A stretch of DNA of 62,950 nucleotides, the filler included, from Sphacelaria rigidula (Eukaryota): NCBI GenBank assembly GCA_964200075.2. It is 8 parts of 8 records of this genome, joined end to end, with 100 filler letters (N's around TTAATTAATTAA, not from the genome) between each part and the next. Parts side by side here need not be neighbours in the genome. Positions count along the whole stretch, not along the records: positions 55,171 to 62,950 come from CAXNAA020013478.1; 7 more parts are not named here. The stretch is one strand, 5' to 3'. This document shows positions 59,319-62,950 of the stretch, piece after piece (positions within the stretch are counted from its first letter, which is position 1; every line of letters begins with the position of its first letter). The notes under the pieces were generated by a model, which saw only the letters and a program-made list of their open reading frames with translations, searched no databases and was not told where the DNA came from. The position numbers and the translations under genes are program-made.

Positions 59319-59834
59319 ACCTGTCCCGTCAGTGTTCCATCTGTGGTCGGTTGCTGGCTTCTGCTTGTCTACGTCGTCCTCACAGGCCGCAGAAACCTCC
59401 AGGGTACGATCTTCTTCGTCGACCACACCACCCTGTCGGCCTTGTAGATGCGGTTGCTGCGCTCACCTAGCCGGGAGTGCCTCCGAAGGAACAAGTCGAG
59501 CCATTTTCGACCTGAACCTACTGTTGGGCCCTATGGCACCGGTCGGCTGTCGCTCCAGAGTGCCATAACCTCCTATTTCAGGCCATATCTATTCAGGCCC
59601 GTTGACGTGCTGCGGGGAATTTCGACATATCTTCGATGGAATTTCTGCCTACCTCGACAGTACAGTACCCGGACCAACCCTGCCAGCTATGCCCACGCTA
59701 CCTCTCAAACGCTTCTGCAGCAAACCAACGAATATGCCAAAGGTTTTTACAGCAGCATGGAAGGTCATGCGACCCCTGCGTACCGCTTCTACGCCCCCTG
59801 ATGCACGTTCTAGGTCCACCCTTGTTCTCTGCAT
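59319..59834 (-). pseudogene. pogo/Fot1-like (Tc1/mariner superfamily) transposase remnant
   Basis: Pipsqueak-type HTH (VEAVRRGRMTFHAAVKTFGI..LQKRLRG..VGPGTVLS), CENP-B-type HTH (GRKWLDLFLRRHSRLGER, frameshifted) and first-Asp motif WNTDGTG (cf. WNxDETG), in the expected order. Confidence 0.75.
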
Positions 59835-61250
59835 GCTCAGCAGCCGATCGACCAAAAGCGTATGTTGAAAAAAGACACACACGCCGTTATTCGCAATGCT
59901 GTGGGATGGTGTTTTCTGATGCAAAAAGCACGTGCAGTAGCTCAAAAGAAGCGTCGTGATCTTGTGCACACGCAGGAAAATCAGAATGGGAAACGATCGA
60001 AAGTTCGCGAAGTTACAGACGATCAAATACAAATGTTCCTCATTTGGTACTGCTCCGTAAAAGGGATGTTTACTCTATGGGAGTTAATCCTAAGTAAGGG
60101 CACGAACACGGCACAGTCCACACCGTTGGGCACACAGACAGTGCACCTCGGAGCCCGCTAGTCATTCATAAGTCCTGCACATGTGTCGGTGTGTGGTACA
60201 GGACTTGTTCAAGTTGTGACAGTTAAGAGTTGCACTGTTGCACTGTCTGTATACAGTTCTGTTTACCGTGTCTCTAGTAAGTGCTCTGTTCTGTACTGTG
60301 GTACAAGTATGTACATACCTGTGTGTGTGTGTGCATATTTTGAGGAAGTACAGTATTTCTCGATGAGATTCACTGTGCAGTAATCCTAGCTGCGTGGAGG
60401 CAAACGGGAGAAGAGAGACAGCTGTCGACCTGGCTAGAGATGACGCGGAAGGGCGGAAGTGGGCCACTCATGCAGCCGTTACGAGGACTCTAACAAAACG
60501 GCCATCCAACGATGGTGTACCTGCGCGAGCTAACGCAAGCTTCATGTAGGGCAGTCATTTTGTCCAGTCCTCGTAGCGGCTGCTCGAGCAGCCGACTCCC
60601 GCCCTTTCGCGTCATCATAAGCCAGTCGACTAATGTCTCCGCTCCCCCGTCGCCTCCAAGTCTTCCTCTTAGTATTGGGTCACCCTCGTTCAGCTGCTAT
60701 CACCAGCGCTGTCACGGGCGTTCACGGCATCCGCCATCGCCCCGCTTACTATATTTGCCCTACGGTTGTGCTCTGTAACCTTGGTCGTTATGGGGTAGGG
60801 TGTCTTGCTCCGTTTCGTAACCCTGAGTTGGGCATCAACGCTTTGGGGTGTTTAGCAACCCAGGGTATACTTGAAAAATTTCACTTGATCCTGAGTTTCT
60901 GCGCACGTCTCTTCTCCGAGTTCAGTTTTCGGGGTTTAACTAGGGGAATTCGTCATATCCTGACCTTAAATCCCACCTTCTAAACCCTAACCCTCGTGTT
61001 TTCCAGACGGTTTTTTCTTCCCGAAACTCTCTAATGAAACGTTGCACTCGAACGTCACACGCGTCAACGTAACGTAATAACGGACGTTACGCGTTACATT
61101 AAATATTTCATATCACGTTATATGTAACAGAACGAAACATTTGTTTTTTCACGTGACAAAGGTGAGGTGAACGCAACGTTAAGCTGTCTTCACGTGATGA
61201 ACGTAATGTGAACGTTAACATATAACTTGTATATCCCTGGTTATTGGGCG

Positions 61251-61940
61251 TGAGATCGTGAAACTTTGCACAAATGTGCTATGGATCATCACGCAAGTTT
61301 ACATGCGCGAGGTTTCCTTACTCTTCGACTTTTTTACCGTCTTTTGGGGGTCCGACGGGATCCAACTCGGTTTTACGAAGTAGTATTCATTCTTGGAGCC
61401 CAGAAAACCGGCACTACATATTTTTTTTTTCACTTTTTCGCAAACGAGCTGTCGCCGCATAACACAAGGAAGGACCCCACAAAATTCCACGGAAAAAATC
61501 GATCAACAAATGCTTGGATGTTCATGTTCACGTCAAAGAAGGCCCGAACCGTAATTTTCGAACCGAAATCAAATAGTTTGCGGTCACACCGTGGCACGGC
61601 AATGTTCACCGCACAAACGCCAAACCTTCACGCCGTTTAAAGAATCCCGACCCTGAAATTTAACAGAAGTGTGCTATGGGTCATTACGCAACTTCGGATA
61701 AACTACTTTTTTTTTCGTTTTCCCGTTTTACGGGGTCCGACTATATCGAATTTTCCCAGAAAAAACTGGAACCTCACAAAGCGGTGAATAAGGTGAAGAA
61801 ATACACAAAAATCTCGATATTCGAAAGTTGCGTGATGACCTATAGAACATGTGTGTGTGCAAGCTATCAGGGTCGAAATCCCTAGAACGGCGTGAAGTTC
61901 TGTCAATAAGCGGTTTTGGGGTGGTAAGCATGAACCAGCT
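61251..61940. repeat. About 700-bp dispersed repeat, copy 2
   Basis: Collinear with 57170-57860 (TGAAACTTTGCA.AAAT.TGCTATG, TCCGACGGGATC, ATGTTCACGTCAA, TGAACCAGC). Confidence 0.75.
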
Positions 61941-62950
61941 CGAATAGATAACCTCGTAACCTCTTCGAGACTCGTAACCTCATGCTTTTCACGGGTGCTC
62001 AATTGACCTACGCAGAATGAAACGCTCCTTCTCTTTTTCAAACAGAGAGCTGAAATGGGAGGGCGAGTCACAGCCGTGGGGGTGACCCCTGGCTGTGAAT
62101 CTATCTGAATTAAACGATTTCTTGGTCACTATAAACTTTCACCTTTAACCTCTCGCGACTGAAGACCTTTCTGTCCAGTCCTTCGTGACTTGAGACCGTG
62201 CTGCCCGACCCTTCGTGACTTGAGACCTACACGTCCAATCAAAATGTACCATAACCTACTGTGTTGACCCACACGCTTGCTTTGCCTCAAACTAAATAGT
62301 AGATTGAAACGATTACATCAAAATCTCACAAGGTGTACCGGCATTTGCTATTTTCAACTCACAAACATTGCAACAGGGTTTAGGGTACCTCTGTACAACC
62401 TATCCGGGAGCGGAATCCCAACTTGTGCACGCCCGCAATGAGAAGAGTTGCCCACGAACGTGAAATACTACTTGACTTAACGTTGACAACAACCAGATGA
62501 GGTACGATGTCAATTATTCTGATTTCCAGTACATCTCAACCCCCCCCCCCCTCCCCGGGGAATAAAAGCAAGCAGTCCACGGTGTCAATACGCAGAGATG
62601 CAGTATTCTTATTACCAAGACCACGATAAGAGGCACCAGGATGTACGTTTGTGCTGGCCATAGAAAATAGATACTGTTACCATACCATAACTATGTGCTC
62701 CAAAGTTCACTGTCAAATGCCGGAGAATAGCTCTAAAATACGCACTTACTTCAATGATCCGCCTTTTTGACCGTGCAAACACGCCTCACCCAAGTAATTT
62801 CACACCCATGGGGCAGTGTGTAAAAGCTGTGGTTGTCTCTGGAACTGGCGATACCAGAAAATAAAGCAACTCATTGTTGGCTGTCATCCAAATGCAAGAT
62901 AATCAGTTGGCTTCGGGTCAAACAATCTTAGCAGGATGCAGCTCACCATT

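Overview
This window is not one locus. It is eight unrelated contigs of about 7.78 kb (1-7782, 7883-15664, 15765-23546, 23647-31427, 31528-39308, 39409-47189, 47290-55070, 55171-62950) joined by an artificial 100-nt linker (N44-TTAATTAATTAA-N44). The DNA is eukaryotic, intron-rich and repeat-dense. A brown alga (Phaeophyceae) is my best guess, from the WSC genes, the intron style and the repeat families; this is an inference. Host genes are all 5'-truncated and had to be reconstructed from splice sites: a 9-exon multi-WSC-domain gene, the last exon of a second WSC gene (missed by the ORF track), three exons of a retinol-dehydrogenase-type SDR and three exons of a dTDP/UDP-glucose 4,6-dehydratase. 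The rest is mostly decayed mobile DNA: two Ty3/Gypsy-type LTR elements, RTE and other LINE fragments, four tRNA-derived SINEs, TA- and TTA-targeting MITEs (one nested insertion has its empty site on another contig), and pogo-, MULE- and possibly Academ-like transposase remnants. There is also a WRN-type exonuclease remnant next to transposase-like sequence. The most interesting signals are the all-phase-0 modular exon structure of the WSC genes, a possible self-priming LTR element, and the exonuclease-bearing and Academ-like elements. I found no rRNA, true tRNA or CRISPR array, and I cannot support an intact novel multi-gene system.
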